The position numbers and the translations under genes were made by a program. The notes beneath the pieces were generated by a model. The model made no database searches and was not told the DNA's origin. It saw nothing but the letters and a program-made list of their open reading frames with translations. A DNA stretch of 64,000 nucleotides from Phycisphaeraceae bacterium (lineage in GTDB: Bacteria; Planctomycetota; Phycisphaerae; Phycisphaerales; Phycisphaeraceae), in NCBI GenBank assembly GCA_963674705.1, contig OY771506.1, forward strand, positions 224,001 to 288,000, read 5' to 3'. Below are positions 39,708 to 50,332 of this stretch, in pieces (positions within the stretch are counted from its first letter, which is position 1; the number at the start of each line of letters is the position of its first letter).

Positions 39708-40547
39708 TCAGGCTTTACGTATCGAGATACCCGCATCGATCAGATACTGCTTCGTCACACCGATCGGATACTCGCCGTAGTGAAAGATGCTCGCCGCCAG
39801 CGCCGCGTCCGCGCGCGTCTGTTCAAATACCTGTTTCATGTGCTCGGGACTGCCACAACCCCCCGACGCCACCACCGGCACATCCACCGCATCCGCGATC
39901 GCTTTAGTGATCTCGATGTCGTAACCGTCCTTCGTCCCGTCCGCGTCCATGCTCGTCAGGATGATCTCGCCAGCGCCAAGTTCCACGACATACCTCGCAT
40001 ACGCAAGCGCTTCCAATCCCGTCGGCGTACGCCCACCGTGCGTGTGCACCTCGAAGACGTAATCGGGTGTGGGGTGTGGGGTGTGGGGTGTGGTCGATCC
40101 GGAGGTGGGCAACTCGCGCCGCCTTGATTCATACTCCTCGCGCGGCACACGCTTCGGATCGATATTCACCACCGTCGCGCAGCGCCCGAATCGGGTCGCG
40201 GTCTGCGCCACGATGTCCGGGTCCACCACCGCGGCCGTGTTGATACTCACCTTCTCCGCACCCGCCTGGATCAGCTTCGTCACATCGTCGATCGTCCGGA
40301 TCCCCCCGCCGACCGCGAACGGCATGAAACACTGCTCCGCCACCCGACGCACCATGTCCAGCATGATGTCGCGCCCCTCGTGGCTGGCCGTGATATCCAG
40401 AAAAACCAGCTCGTCCGCGCCCTGCTCGTCATACGACCGCGCGATCTCCACCGGATCGCCCGCATCACGCAGGTTCAGGAAGTTCACACCCTTCACGACC
40501 CGCCCCTCGTGGACGTCCAGGCACGGAATAATTCGTTTCATCAGCAT
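39708..40547 (-). CDS. hisF: Imidazole glycerol phosphate synthase cyclase subunit
   Basis: [53 protein letters not shown]; carries a loop insertion. Confidence 0.97.
   Translation of the reverse strand: MLMKRIIPCLDVHEGRVVKGVNFLNLRDAGDPVEIARSYDEQGADELVFLDITASHEGRDIMLDMVRRVAEQCFMPFAVGGGIRTIDDVTKLIQAGAEKVSINTAAVVDPDIVAQTATRFGRCATVVNIDPKRVPREEYESRRRELPTSGSTTPHTPHPTPDYVFEVHTHGGRTPTGLEALAYARYVVELGAGEIILTSMDADGTKDGYDIEITKAIADAVDVPVVASGGCGSPEHMKQVFEQTRADAALAASIFHYGEYPIGVTKQYLIDAGISIRKA
40065..40092 (+). repeat. (GGGTGTG)x4 heptamer tract inside hisF
   Basis: Four perfect units; encodes [10 protein letters not shown]. Confidence 0.9.
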
Positions 40548-40555
40548 AGCCCCGG

Positions 40556-40619
40556 ATTATAGCAATCCCCCGCCCACCAGCCGCTTGCCGCTTAGCGCCC
40601 GCGAACCACTTGCTACAAT
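40556..40619. promoter_or_regulatory. Back-to-back extended -10 promoters for hisF and the phosphodiester glycosidase gene
   Basis: Minus strand TGCTATAAT (40564-40556); plus strand TGCTACAAT (40611-40619). Confidence 0.5.
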
Positions 40620-40646
40620 CTGGCGTACTGCCATACGGAGTAAACC

Positions 40647-41567
40647 ATGCGTAATCATCGTATTTTGCTTATCGCCCTGTTCCTGCTGCTGCTGTTCGCC
40701 CCCGCCCTGCAAGCCAAGGAACGGGTCACCGAGCCGTTCATCGGCGTGCATGTCCGCGAGGTCACCTTCGATCGCCCCAGGCCGCTGGTCATCCGTGTCG
40801 CCGAAGTCGACCTCACCGCCGACGGCATCTCATTCCTCATCACCCCCAGCAACGGCGACCCCAACGGCGATGAGCCCGGCGACCCCAACGGCGAAACCAC
40901 ACGCGAAACCACGCTCGACTTCCTCAAAGAAACCGAAGCGCAGCTCGCCATCAACGCCACCTTCTTCGCCATGGACAAGATCGGCACCGACAACATCGGC
41001 CTCGTCGTCTCCAAGGGCGAACAGATCTCCCCCTTCCGCGGCGACTGGCCCGCCATCAACATCGACCCCGACAACAAAGCCGCCATCGTCTGGGGCGAAG
41101 ACAACACCTTCAATGTCACCAAACCCGAGCCCACAAAAATCAAACTCTACAACGCCGTCACCGGAAGCGACCAGATCGTCATCGACGGCAAACCCCTCGA
41201 ACCTCAACCCGACCGCAGCTTCTTCACCACCGCCCACCCGCGCACCGCGATCGGCATCACCAAAGACCACAAGCTCCTGCTGGTCACCGTCGACGGCCGC
41301 GAGCCCGGCATCTCCGAAGGCATGCCCCTCAACGAACTGGCGCAGTTAATGATCGAACTCGGCGCCGTCCAGGCCCTCAACCTCGACGGCGGCGGCTCCA
41401 CCACCATCGCCATCGCCGACCCCGACCCACGCGTCATCAACCTACCCAGCAGCAAAGACGACGAAGGCAACTACGGCGTCCTCCGCCCCGTCGGCACCAG
41501 CATCGCCGTCTTCGCCAAACCTAATCCGGACTACCAGAAACCGGAAGCACCTAACAAACCACGCTAA
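40647..41567 (+). CDS. Phosphodiester glycosidase family (NAGPA/DUF2233-like) secreted protein
   Basis: Signal peptide; AINATFF, HPRTAIG, LLVTVDGR, ALNLDGGGST. Confidence 0.9.
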   Translation: MRNHRILLIALFLLLLFAPALQAKERVTEPFIGVHVREVTFDRPRPLVIRVAEVDLTADGISFLITPSNGDPNGDEPGDPNGETTRETTLDFLKETEAQLAINATFFAMDKIGTDNIGLVVSKGEQISPFRGDWPAINIDPDNKAAIVWGEDNTFNVTKPEPTKIKLYNAVTGSDQIVIDGKPLEPQPDRSFFTTAHPRTAIGITKDHKLLLVTVDGREPGISEGMPLNELAQLMIELGAVQALNLDGGGSTTIAIADPDPRVINLPSSKDDEGNYGVLRPVGTSIAVFAKPNPDYQKPEAPNKPR

Positions 41568-41781
41568 TCCCAAACCCCATTCAAACCCAATGCCCGGCCA
41601 TACTTCCGGGGCCCAAAGGGCTTCGGCCGGGGTGTCTTAGCATCCTCCCCATCTCTCACGCCCCGATCACGACTACGCCGATAACACATACACGGCGTTG
41701 TCGGGTCTGACACCGCGCCTCAACTTATCCGGGGCCGCCAGGACACGCCAATAAATCAAATTCGCAAGGAAGGAGCCTGCG

Positions 41782-44349
41782 ATGCGATTGTCTTTCAAAC
41801 ACCTGTGCCCAATCCTGCTGTTCACGCTTGCGCAAGTCATCCAACCAACCTGCGCGCAGACCGTCATCAACGTCCCCGACGACGATCTGCCCGAAGTCGT
41901 CAAGCCCGGACAGACACTGAACCTCTACGACCTGGGCCTATTAGAACAAGACCTCACCGTCCAGGCCTACGGCAATCTCAACATCTACGACGGATCCACA
42001 TCACACGACATCATCGCCGTGCCGCAGAGCACCATCAGTCTCTATGGTGGAACATTGAGAGAGATTGAGCCCTTCGATGACAACTCCGACGGACTAGACC
42101 ATGTCACCGTGAATGTCTACGGAGGTGATTCCTATTCAATGCAGGTCAAGATCGGTAGCGGCAGCGTCCTGAACGTCAGCGGCGGCATGCTCAACTCTTT
42201 CGATGCGTATGAAGGCAGCATCATCAATATCAGCGGCGGATACGCCGGTGACTTTGGCTGGCTGAAAAGCGGGAGCACCGTCAACATCACAGGCGGCGCA
42301 CTCGGCCCTATGTTCGATATCGATGAAGGCAGCACGATTAACTTGTTCGATGGTGAACTGCAGCACAGCAGTTACATCTATGGTCAACTGAACATGCAAG
42401 GTGGAGAACTCGGTGTCTACTCTGGTATCGGTAGTAACGGGTCCGCCATCATGTCCGGCGGACGATTCGGCGATCACTTCAAAACCACTCCCGATGCAAG
42501 CCTCACGCTCATCGGCAACAGCTTCATGCTCGACGGCGTACCCGTTGCCGGGCTCGACACCATCGGCAACACCGTCGACCTGAACATCCCGGAAGGCTCC
42601 ACACTCACCGGTTCACTCTCAGACGGCTCGGTCTTTATCATCAGCCCGACCATGGAAGACAAGATCGCCGACGGCACACTCACGCTGCAAGCCGGCACGA
42701 TCCCAACACAGACACACTACAACGTCCCAAGCGATCCCGCGCCATTTGGCCTGCTGCCCGGCCAATCCCTCACGCTCGCCGAGGGCGGTTCGATCGTCAA
42801 CTGCTTCGCCGCGGTCGACGCCACCATGAACATCACCGGCGGTGTTGCCGGCAGCTACATGGAATGGCTGAACTCGCAGGTCACCATCTCCGGCGGAGAA
42901 GTCCGCAGCTTCACCGCGATGCAAGGCACACACGTCGACATCCAGGGCGGCAACGTCACGCGCGCAACCTATCAACCCGGCACCAGTGCAACCATCAGCG
43001 GCGGTGCGGTGGGAAGCATGATTGTTGAAGCGGATTCACAAATCACAGTCACCGGCGGCGCTGCTTCCTACAATGGAAGCCTCAAAGTGCTGGCGGGCGG
43101 CGAAGTCGAATTCTTCGGCGGCAGCTTCGGCGGTCTGCGCCCCGAAGTCGGTGCAAGCATCACGCTCCACGGCGGGCAATTCATGGTCGACGGCGTCCCC
43201 ATCGAAGGGCTCGACTCGATCGGTGATTCCATCACCTATACCCCGACCGCCGACACCTACCTCACCGGCATCCTCGCCGACGGAACGGTCATCCTGATAG
43301 ACGGCAGCATGGGGACCGATTCGGCCCCACTCACACTCACGCGTGCCGCGATCCCGCAAGTAACACAACAGGTGTTCAACGTCCCCACGGACCCCGCGCC
43401 GCGCGGCCTGACCGCGGGGCAGAAAGCCTACATCTACGAGGGCGGAACGCTCGGCTACAACTTCGTCGCCATCGACGCCGATATCGAAGTACACGGCGGC
43501 AAAGTCAACGACAACCTGCGGTTGATCCGCACAGACCTGACCGTCACCGACGGCAGCCTCGGTGTCATCTACGCAGGTTACGACAGCCATCTCACCATAA
43601 CCGGTGGCCAAATCCAAGAACTCAACCTCTATGACGACACCAGCGCGGACATCTCAGGCGGTACGTTTGAATGGATTAGCCACCGCAGCCCGGGCGTTCT
43701 GCAGCTATCCGGAGATGTTACAGTAAGCCGACTTTTCTCCAGCAAAAGCAGTCAGACATACATCAACGGCGGCTCATATATAAACAATATCCGCGTTGCC
43801 CCCGAAGGCACACTCGTGATCGATGGCGGCACCATCGATGCGGACATAGCACTTAGTGACTTCAGCAAAGTGATCCTCAATGGCGGCACTGTCAACGGCT
43901 CAATTTACCACTACTACTATCCCTATGAAGTACAGATCACCGGCGGGATCATGAATGGTTACATATCGCTGATCGAAGGTGCAAAACTCACCATCAGCGG
44001 CGGTGAATTCAATGGCATCATTCACATCAGCGGGGGCGGTGAATACGATGACCTGCCCCGAATCGTCAACCTCATCGGCACTTCCTTCACACTCGACGGC
44101 ATCGATCTCACCGCCGACATGCTGCCCGGCGAAACACTGCTACTTACTGACAGAAACGCCATCCTCGAAGGCTTCCTCGCCGACGGCTCGCCCATCACAC
44201 TCGACATGACAATACCCACCCAATGGAGCTACGAAGACAACTATCTCCCCGAAGAATATGTCAACATCACCATCACCCTCGTCCCCGAACCCGCAACACT
44301 CCCCCTCTTCGCTCTCCCCCTGCTCTTAACTCCGAAGCACCGACGATAG
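41782..44349 (+). CDS. Large PEP-CTERM surface protein with 3 repeated modules rich in NIxGG motifs (predicted beta-solenoid)
   Basis: Signal peptide; modules start INVPDD, YNVPSDPAP and FNVPTDPAP; C-terminal VPEPATLPLFALPLLLTPKHRR. Confidence 0.88.
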   Translation: MRLSFKHLCPILLFTLAQVIQPTCAQTVINVPDDDLPEVVKPGQTLNLYDLGLLEQDLTVQAYGNLNIYDGSTSHDIIAVPQSTISLYGGTLREIEPFDDNSDGLDHVTVNVYGGDSYSMQVKIGSGSVLNVSGGMLNSFDAYEGSIINISGGYAGDFGWLKSGSTVNITGGALGPMFDIDEGSTINLFDGELQHSSYIYGQLNMQGGELGVYSGIGSNGSAIMSGGRFGDHFKTTPDASLTLIGNSFMLDGVPVAGLDTIGNTVDLNIPEGSTLTGSLSDGSVFIISPTMEDKIADGTLTLQAGTIPTQTHYNVPSDPAPFGLLPGQSLTLAEGGSIVNCFAAVDATMNITGGVAGSYMEWLNSQVTISGGEVRSFTAMQGTHVDIQGGNVTRATYQPGTSATISGGAVGSMIVEADSQITVTGGAASYNGSLKVLAGGEVEFFGGSFGGLRPEVGASITLHGGQFMVDGVPIEGLDSIGDSITYTPTADTYLTGILADGTVILIDGSMGTDSAPLTLTRAAIPQVTQQVFNVPTDPAPRGLTAGQKAYIYEGGTLGYNFVAIDADIEVHGGKVNDNLRLIRTDLTVTDGSLGVIYAGYDSHLTITGGQIQELNLYDDTSADISGGTFEWISHRSPGVLQLSGDVTVSRLFSSKSSQTYINGGSYINNIRVAPEGTLVIDGGTIDADIALSDFSKVILNGGTVNGSIYHYYYPYEVQITGGIMNGYISLIEGAKLTISGGEFNGIIHISGGGEYDDLPRIVNLIGTSFTLDGIDLTADMLPGETLLLTDRNAILEGFLADGSPITLDMTIPTQWSYEDNYLPEEYVNITITLVPEPATLPLFALPLLLTPKHRR

Positions 44350-44640
44350 CTCAATCGATCTCAAAGCCCGGCCAGACACCCGGCGAAACCGCACGGCTTT
44401 GGAAGATGCTCTGCCATGCGACCGCCCCCCTGTTTCACAATGTCAAACCAGGTAAACCCGGCATCCAGACCCGCGTTAATTCGGAGCAAATAGTCATATT
44501 TTTGCTTGCCCAAATCGACAGCCTGAACTACATTAGTCCTTATACCTTCTTAAATAGAGGGCCCGGAGGCGAGAGAGATCGGGTCGTGTTGTTCTTCTCC
44601 CAGCAGCACACATTGCTGCGCAGATAAGCCGGGCTTAAGC

Positions 44641-47600
44641 ATGCTAAAACCAAGTGGGGCAAGAATCGTTTTTGGGCTCTTGATGTGCCTATGCACTTTC
44701 ACAACAGGGTTGCCCGCCACAGCGCAATTCACCACCATCATCAACGTCCCGGAAGACCAACCCACTATCTCCGGCCAACTCGGATCAGACACACAACTGA
44801 ACCTGAGCGACGGCGGCTGGATTGGGGGTACCCTAAGAGCAGGCAATTCGGACGGCAGCAGCTCCAACATCGAGCTGAATCTCAACGGCGGTTATTCCGA
44901 ATCCCCGATTTACCTTTACAACAACAGCAGCGCCAATATCACCGCCGGTGACTTCTCTATCATCACCGCCTATACCAGCAGCTCCATCGACATCAGCGGC
45001 GGCTCAGTCAACGGCAGCCTTGTCATCCAGAACGGCAGTTCCGCAAACATCAGCGGCGGGTACGTCCCTATTCTCGCCGCGCAGGTCGGCAGCAGTGTCA
45101 ACCTGCATGCCAGCCAGTTTTATATTGATGGTGAACTTGTGACAGGCCTGGATACGATCGGCGACATCACCTCACTGAATGTGCCAAACGATTCACGCCT
45201 GGCTGTACTGTTCTCGGACGGCAACATCAGTCACTTCTACAAAGCCGGCGCCAGCAGCATCGCCGACGACACACTCACGCTGACACGCACCGCGTCACCG
45301 ACTTATTCACCCGTCATCAACCTGCCCGCCGATCCCGCTCCTCAAAACGCATACCCCGGACAGATCGTCAACATCAACGATGGCGGAGCACTTGGGTACC
45401 GTTTCTACGCGCTCGATGCCCAGATCAATCTCGACGGCGGATCGATCGACGAACGTTTCACCGCCGATGCCGGCACCGTCGTGACGATCAACAGCGGTGA
45501 ACTTGGCAGGAACGCTACGTTCTATGAAAACACCACCCTCAACCTTAACGGCGGCCAGGTTAATGCAAACTTCACCGCAGGCGCCGGCAGCACGATCAAC
45601 CTCAACGACGGCTACATCGCGAGCAACTTCGAGGCGCTTCCCGGCAGCACACTCAACATCGCAGGCGGCGATATCAACAACAATGCCGCCGCCCATGAAG
45701 GCAGCACCGTCAACTTTATCGGCAGCCGCTTTTACATCGCCGGCCAACCCGTCACCGGATTGCAAAACGTCGGCGACAGCATGGCTATTGATCTTTCCGG
45801 CTATAACGCAAAGGGCATCACCGCCATCCTCGCCGATGGATCGGTCGAACAATTCAACAACATGCAGTCTTCCTTCCAGGCGCCGCTGGCAAACTTCAAC
45901 GTCGTCCTCTCAGAACCGCTCAACGCCCCGAGCGTGATCAATATCCCCAATGACCCCGCGCCGAAGGGACTATACCCCGGACAGACACTCAACCTCTACG
46001 ACGGCGGCTCGTTATCAGGAATACATATGGTCGAATCGACCATGAATATCCACGGCGGCTACGTCGCGAGTCTTCTCTCCGCGGAAATCGACAGCACCGT
46101 CAACATCACCGGTGGCGAGGTCGTCAGGTTGACCGCGGCCTATCGAACCACCGTCAACATCAGTGATGCAAATGTGCATTATGTAGACGCTTCGGGCGAT
46201 GGCACTTCCGTCACGATCAGCAGCGGCGAATTCACAAGCATCGAGGCACGCAGCGGTAGCCTCATCGATATCAGCGGCGGCGACATCGGCAGCATCACCG
46301 GTGAATCCGGCACGCCTGATACCGTGTTCAACCTCCGCGGCGGACATATCTCCGGCGAAATCGAGGGCCACTCCTCCAGCGTTTTCAATATCTACGGCGG
46401 CGAGTTCTATTACAACGGCCTGCCCGTTCAAGGCCTCGATAACATCGGCGACAGCGTCACGCTCGATCTGTACAACAACCAACTGGTCGCAACACTCTCC
46501 GACGGCACGATACGCGCCTTCGGCTATTACCACAACGACAAGCTGCAATCCAGCACCGTCACGATCGTCAAGGCAGACGTACCCGCTGCAGACACCACAC
46601 CCATCAACGTCCCCGCAGAGCCCGCGCCTAACGGCCTGCGCCCCGGCCAAACACTCAACCTCTCCGGCGGCGAGACTCTCCCCCGATACTTCACTCTCGC
46701 CGGCGCGACACTCAACATCGAAGACGGAAACACCAACTACAACCTGATCGCTCAGGCCGGCAGCACCATCAACTTCGAAAACGGCACCATCGATACAGGC
46801 TCCTACCTCACACAAAACAGCACGCTGAATATGACCGGCGGCATCGTGGAAAGACAATTCCGCATCATCAACAGCACGTTTAACTTCCATGGCGGGACTA
46901 TCCGCAGCGGTGACCCACCGCCCACACCGGGATGCTACACATGCTCCGTCACCGGTGCCTCCGCAAACGACAGCGTCATCAACATCACCGGCGGCGAGGT
47001 CGGCGGGTACTTCCTCGCTTACTCAAACAATCAGATCAACGTCAGCGGCGGCTATATCCGCGGCGGCTTCACGCTCTACGGCGAGAACAACCAACTGAAC
47101 ATCACCGGCGGAACCTTCAAAGACGAACTCATTGTCGATCAGACCAACTCCGCCAACATCTCCGGAGGCGTGCTGGACAGCCTCTGCGTTTATGACGGGG
47201 GGACCGTGCACCTCAGCGGCGGACAAGTCAAACGCGGCGTGCAAGTCTCCACAGACGGCAACTTCCACTACTCCGGCGGCAACATCAGTTCTGCCTTGAT
47301 AGCCGAAACCGGCAGCAACGTACAAATCAGCGCCGAAGCTTTCTACCTGGACGGCATCCCCGTCGCGGGCCTGGTTGCCCCGGGAGACTCCGCCCCCCTT
47401 AACATCCCCGTCGGCTCGCACCTGACCATGCTCTTCTCCGATGGGACGGCGCACATGCTCGATGCCTCCAAAAATGACAGCATCGCCGACGGCTCATTAA
47501 CGCTGAACCTGCTTACCCCGACCACTCACAATTACACCTTCAACGTCCCGACCGATACCGCACCGAGTGGCATCGGGCCGGGCAGCACGCTTAATCTCTA

Positions 47601-48387
47601 TGATGGCGGCGTATTGGCCGAAAACTTCCTCGCCTTCGGCGCAAACGTCAACATCACCGGCGGTGAAGTCGAAGACAACTTCTACGCCGACGGGGCCTCC
47701 ACCGTCAATATCAGCGGCGGGACCGTGTACGGCAACATGACCGCGTTCAGCGGCAGCACGCTCAACGTGTACAACGACGCCCGGCTGCTCGATGCTACCG
47801 CTAACAGCCAGAGTGTAGTAAACGTCTTCGGCGGACAACTGGGAACCATCCAGACCGGACAAGGCGTAACGATCAATATACACGACGGCGTGGTCGGCCC
47901 CATCACCAACCTCGCAGAGGACAGCGTAGTCAACATCACCGGCGGACTCATCGGCTCGCTATTCGAAGGCAGCATCACCGCGCTTTCTAGCAATACCGTT
48001 AATATCCTTGGCGGTGTATTCCAATCAGTAGTGGGCGCCGACAACACCATGAACGCATACGCCGGCAGCACCATCAACATCATCGGCACATCCTTCACCC
48101 TCGACGGTGTCGATCTCACCGACAGCATGATCCCCGGTGAAAAACTCACCATCACCGACCGCGACGTCCTGTTGCAAGGCATCCTCGCCGACGGCTCAAC
48201 GTTCTACTTCCTCATCAATTCCGAAGAAGTCACCGTACCCAACATGGTCTTCGGACAATACTACGGCGGCGGCCACTACATCGACCCCGACGCCACTCTC
48301 ACCATCGCCCTCGTCCCCGAACCGGCCACACTGCTTCTACTTTCCGCCGGCGCATTAAGCCTGCTGCATCGCCAACGCCTCTCCTGA
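44641..48387 (+). CDS. Very large PEP-CTERM surface protein with 5 repeated modules (paralog of 41782-44349)
   Basis: Modules start INVPED, INLPADPAP, INIPNDPAP, INVPAEPAP and FNVPTDTAP; C-terminal VPEPATLLLLSAGALSLLHRQR. Confidence 0.9.
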   Translation: MLKPSGARIVFGLLMCLCTFTTGLPATAQFTTIINVPEDQPTISGQLGSDTQLNLSDGGWIGGTLRAGNSDGSSSNIELNLNGGYSESPIYLYNNSSANITAGDFSIITAYTSSSIDISGGSVNGSLVIQNGSSANISGGYVPILAAQVGSSVNLHASQFYIDGELVTGLDTIGDITSLNVPNDSRLAVLFSDGNISHFYKAGASSIADDTLTLTRTASPTYSPVINLPADPAPQNAYPGQIVNINDGGALGYRFYALDAQINLDGGSIDERFTADAGTVVTINSGELGRNATFYENTTLNLNGGQVNANFTAGAGSTINLNDGYIASNFEALPGSTLNIAGGDINNNAAAHEGSTVNFIGSRFYIAGQPVTGLQNVGDSMAIDLSGYNAKGITAILADGSVEQFNNMQSSFQAPLANFNVVLSEPLNAPSVINIPNDPAPKGLYPGQTLNLYDGGSLSGIHMVESTMNIHGGYVASLLSAEIDSTVNITGGEVVRLTAAYRTTVNISDANVHYVDASGDGTSVTISSGEFTSIEARSGSLIDISGGDIGSITGESGTPDTVFNLRGGHISGEIEGHSSSVFNIYGGEFYYNGLPVQGLDNIGDSVTLDLYNNQLVATLSDGTIRAFGYYHNDKLQSSTVTIVKADVPAADTTPINVPAEPAPNGLRPGQTLNLSGGETLPRYFTLAGATLNIEDGNTNYNLIAQAGSTINFENGTIDTGSYLTQNSTLNMTGGIVERQFRIINSTFNFHGGTIRSGDPPPTPGCYTCSVTGASANDSVINITGGEVGGYFLAYSNNQINVSGGYIRGGFTLYGENNQLNITGGTFKDELIVDQTNSANISGGVLDSLCVYDGGTVHLSGGQVKRGVQVSTDGNFHYSGGNISSALIAETGSNVQISAEAFYLDGIPVAGLVAPGDSAPLNIPVGSHLTMLFSDGTAHMLDASKNDSIADGSLTLNLLTPTTHNYTFNVPTDTAPSGIGPGSTLNLYDGGVLAENFLAFGANVNITGGEVEDNFYADGASTVNISGGTVYGNMTAFSGSTLNVYNDARLLDATANSQSVVNVFGGQLGTIQTGQGVTINIHDGVVGPITNLAEDSVVNITGGLIGSLFEGSITALSSNTVNILGGVFQSVVGADNTMNAYAGSTINIIGTSFTLDGVDLTDSMIPGEKLTITDRDVLLQGILADGSTFYFLINSEEVTVPNMVFGQYYGGGHYIDPDATLTIALVPEPATLLLLSAGALSLLHRQRLS

Positions 48388-48418
48388 CCCCCCTTCGCGC
48401 CTTCGCGGTTCAACCCAT

Positions 48419-48451
48419 AAAAAAATAACCCCGCGCTTCCGCACGGGGCTA
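48419..48451 (-). terminator. Intrinsic terminator of rpsB-tsf
   Basis: Minus strand TAGCCCCGTGC-GGAA-GCGCGGGGTTA-TTTTTTT. Confidence 0.75.
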
Positions 48452-48510
48452 GTTGATGTTTCAATTGTTCGATCAAGCGGAAGAATACTTCCGGGAATAA
48501 CTTCCGGGGG

Positions 48511-49317
48511 TTACCCACCCACCTGATACCGCACGAACTGCTTGATCGTCGTGCCCTTCGGCAGCAGGTCTTTGATCTGCTTCTTGTCGTCCTTCACGAA
48601 CGGCTGACGGGTCAGTACGACCGAGTCAAGGTACTTGCGGATCTTGCCTTCGACCATCTTCTCGGCAATCTCTTCCGGCTTGCCGGATTCCATCGCCTGG
48701 GCCTTGGCGATCTCGCGTTCCTTGGCGATGATGTCCGCGGGCACTTCGTCTTCATTCACACCGAGCGGCGAGGGGCTCACCGCCGAGATGTGCATGCACA
48801 GGTCTTTGAGCAGTTCAGCGCTGGCTTCACCTTCGACTTCCACGAGCACCGCGATCTTGCCGGTGAAGTGCACGTACGAACCGACCTTGCCGCTGCTGGT
48901 CGCGTAGACCTTGCCCTTGGCAAACTGTGCGTTTTCCTTCGTGGTCAGACGGATCTCGTCGATCAGGCCCTGCATCGCATCGGTCTTCTCGACGTCGCCG
49001 GCGTCCTGCTCAAGCGCCAGGTCGGCGATCGCTTTGGTCATCACGATGAACGCTTCGTTGGAAGCGGTGAAGTCGGTCTCTGTGTTGACCTCGACGATCG
49101 CGCCCTTGCTGCCGTCGGCTGCAACAGCGACTGCAACCTTGCCCTCGGCGCTGGCGCGGTCGGTCCGACCGTCCATCTTCGCCAGGCCCTTGGTGCGAAG
49201 GATATCCGTCGCCTTCTGCATGTCGCCGCCGGCTTCTTCCAGCGCAGCCTTGGCTTCCATCATCCCAAGACCCGTCGCCTTGCGAAGGGTCATTACGTCC
49301 TTGGCGGAAATCGCCAT
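48511..49317 (-). CDS. tsf: Translation elongation factor Ts
   Basis: LRKATGLGMMEAKAAL, EVNTETDF, GKPEEIAEKMVEGK, FVRYQVG; downstream of rpsB. Confidence 0.97.
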   Translation of the reverse strand: MAISAKDVMTLRKATGLGMMEAKAALEEAGGDMQKATDILRTKGLAKMDGRTDRASAEGKVAVAVAADGSKGAIVEVNTETDFTASNEAFIVMTKAIADLALEQDAGDVEKTDAMQGLIDEIRLTTKENAQFAKGKVYATSSGKVGSYVHFTGKIAVLVEVEGEASAELLKDLCMHISAVSPSPLGVNEDEVPADIIAKEREIAKAQAMESGKPEEIAEKMVEGKIRKYLDSVVLTRQPFVKDDKKQIKDLLPKGTTIKQFVRYQVGG

Positions 49318-49495
49318 GGTCTTATCTCTCCGTTATCAATCGGGTGAATAGTTAACCGAGACTAAGGCCGCACTCATACTGCCCCGTAACGCCTCGTATC
49401 GTCGTCTAACGTATGTTTACGTATGCTTGTCTTTCATTGCCGCAAAGCGACGCTTTGCGGGCGGTAACGCTATGCATCACCAAACCATCGCGACC

Positions 49496-50332
49496 TTACC
49501 CCTGCTTGTCAGCAGCGGCGGCGGCGGGCTCGGGGGAGCCGCCTGCGTCACCACTCGGCGATGAGTCGTCCGCACGGTACTGCGATCGGCTGCTGCGGCG
49601 ACGCGGCGGCTCGGCCGGGCTGTCGCTGTCCTTGCCTTCGTTCAGCGCCGTTCGGCTGGTCTTGCCTTCCTGAACCGCGGCACACAAACTCGATATCACC
49701 ACCTCGATCGCACGCATCGCATCGTCATTACCCGGGATCGGGATGTCAGCGAAGTCAGGATCGGAATCGGTATCGATCAAACACACGGTCGGGATGCCCA
49801 GCTTGCGAGCTTCCTTCACCGCGTTCAGTTCGTTGCTCACATCCACCACGACCATGCAGCCGGGCAGCTTGTTCATTCGGCGGATGCCTTCGAGGTTCCG
49901 CAGGATCTTCGACTTCTCGCGGCGGAGTTGCGACTCCATCTTCTTGGAGTAGTTATCGATCTCGCCGGATTCTTCGATCCGTTCCAGTTCCTCCAGCCGC
50001 TTGAGACGTTCACGGATGGTGCGGAAGTTGGTCAGCGTGCCACCCAGCCACCGCTCGGTGACGTAGTGCATACCGGTCTCGGTGACGTATTTTTCGATGA
50101 TGCCGCGTGCCTGGCGCTTGGTCCCGACAAACAGGACGTCCTTGCCGCCGGCCACGGTCTTGGTGACGAACTTCCGAGCCAGCAGCAGGCCCTTGATCGT
50201 CTCTTTGACATCGATGATGTGGATCTTGTTGCGTTTGCCGAAGATGTAAGGGGCCATCTTCGGATTCCAGTTCGTCGAACGGTGGCCGAAGTGAATACCC
50301 GCTTCGACCAAATCTTTAACCAGCGATGCCAT
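49496..50332 (-). CDS. rpsB: 30S ribosomal protein S2
   Basis: [37 protein letters not shown]. Confidence 0.98.
   Translation of the reverse strand: MASLVKDLVEAGIHFGHRSTNWNPKMAPYIFGKRNKIHIIDVKETIKGLLLARKFVTKTVAGGKDVLFVGTKRQARGIIEKYVTETGMHYVTERWLGGTLTNFRTIRERLKRLEELERIEESGEIDNYSKKMESQLRREKSKILRNLEGIRRMNKLPGCMVVVDVSNELNAVKEARKLGIPTVCLIDTDSDPDFADIPIPGNDDAMRAIEVVISSLCAAVQEGKTSRTALNEGKDSDSPAEPPRRRSSRSQYRADDSSPSGDAGGSPEPAAAAADKQG

Noticed and set aside
33948..39954. Diversity-generating retroelement TR/VR pair (paralogous PEP-CTERM genes, duplicated hisF end)
   Set aside because: No reverse transcriptase in the window; hisF differences are mostly synonymous and not confined to adenines of one copy.
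40854..40894. Short direct repeat GGCGACCCCAACGGCGA x2 in the phosphodiester glycosidase gene
   Set aside because: An in-frame GDPNG peptide duplication that is unrelated to the 7/8-mer families.
40069..41349. 426-aa plus-strand ORF and other long alternative-frame ORFs (e.g. 26172-27152, 32451-33605, 58902-59846)
   Set aside because: They overlap well-supported genes, are Ser/Pro/Arg-rich or antisense, and are typical high-GC shadow ORFs.
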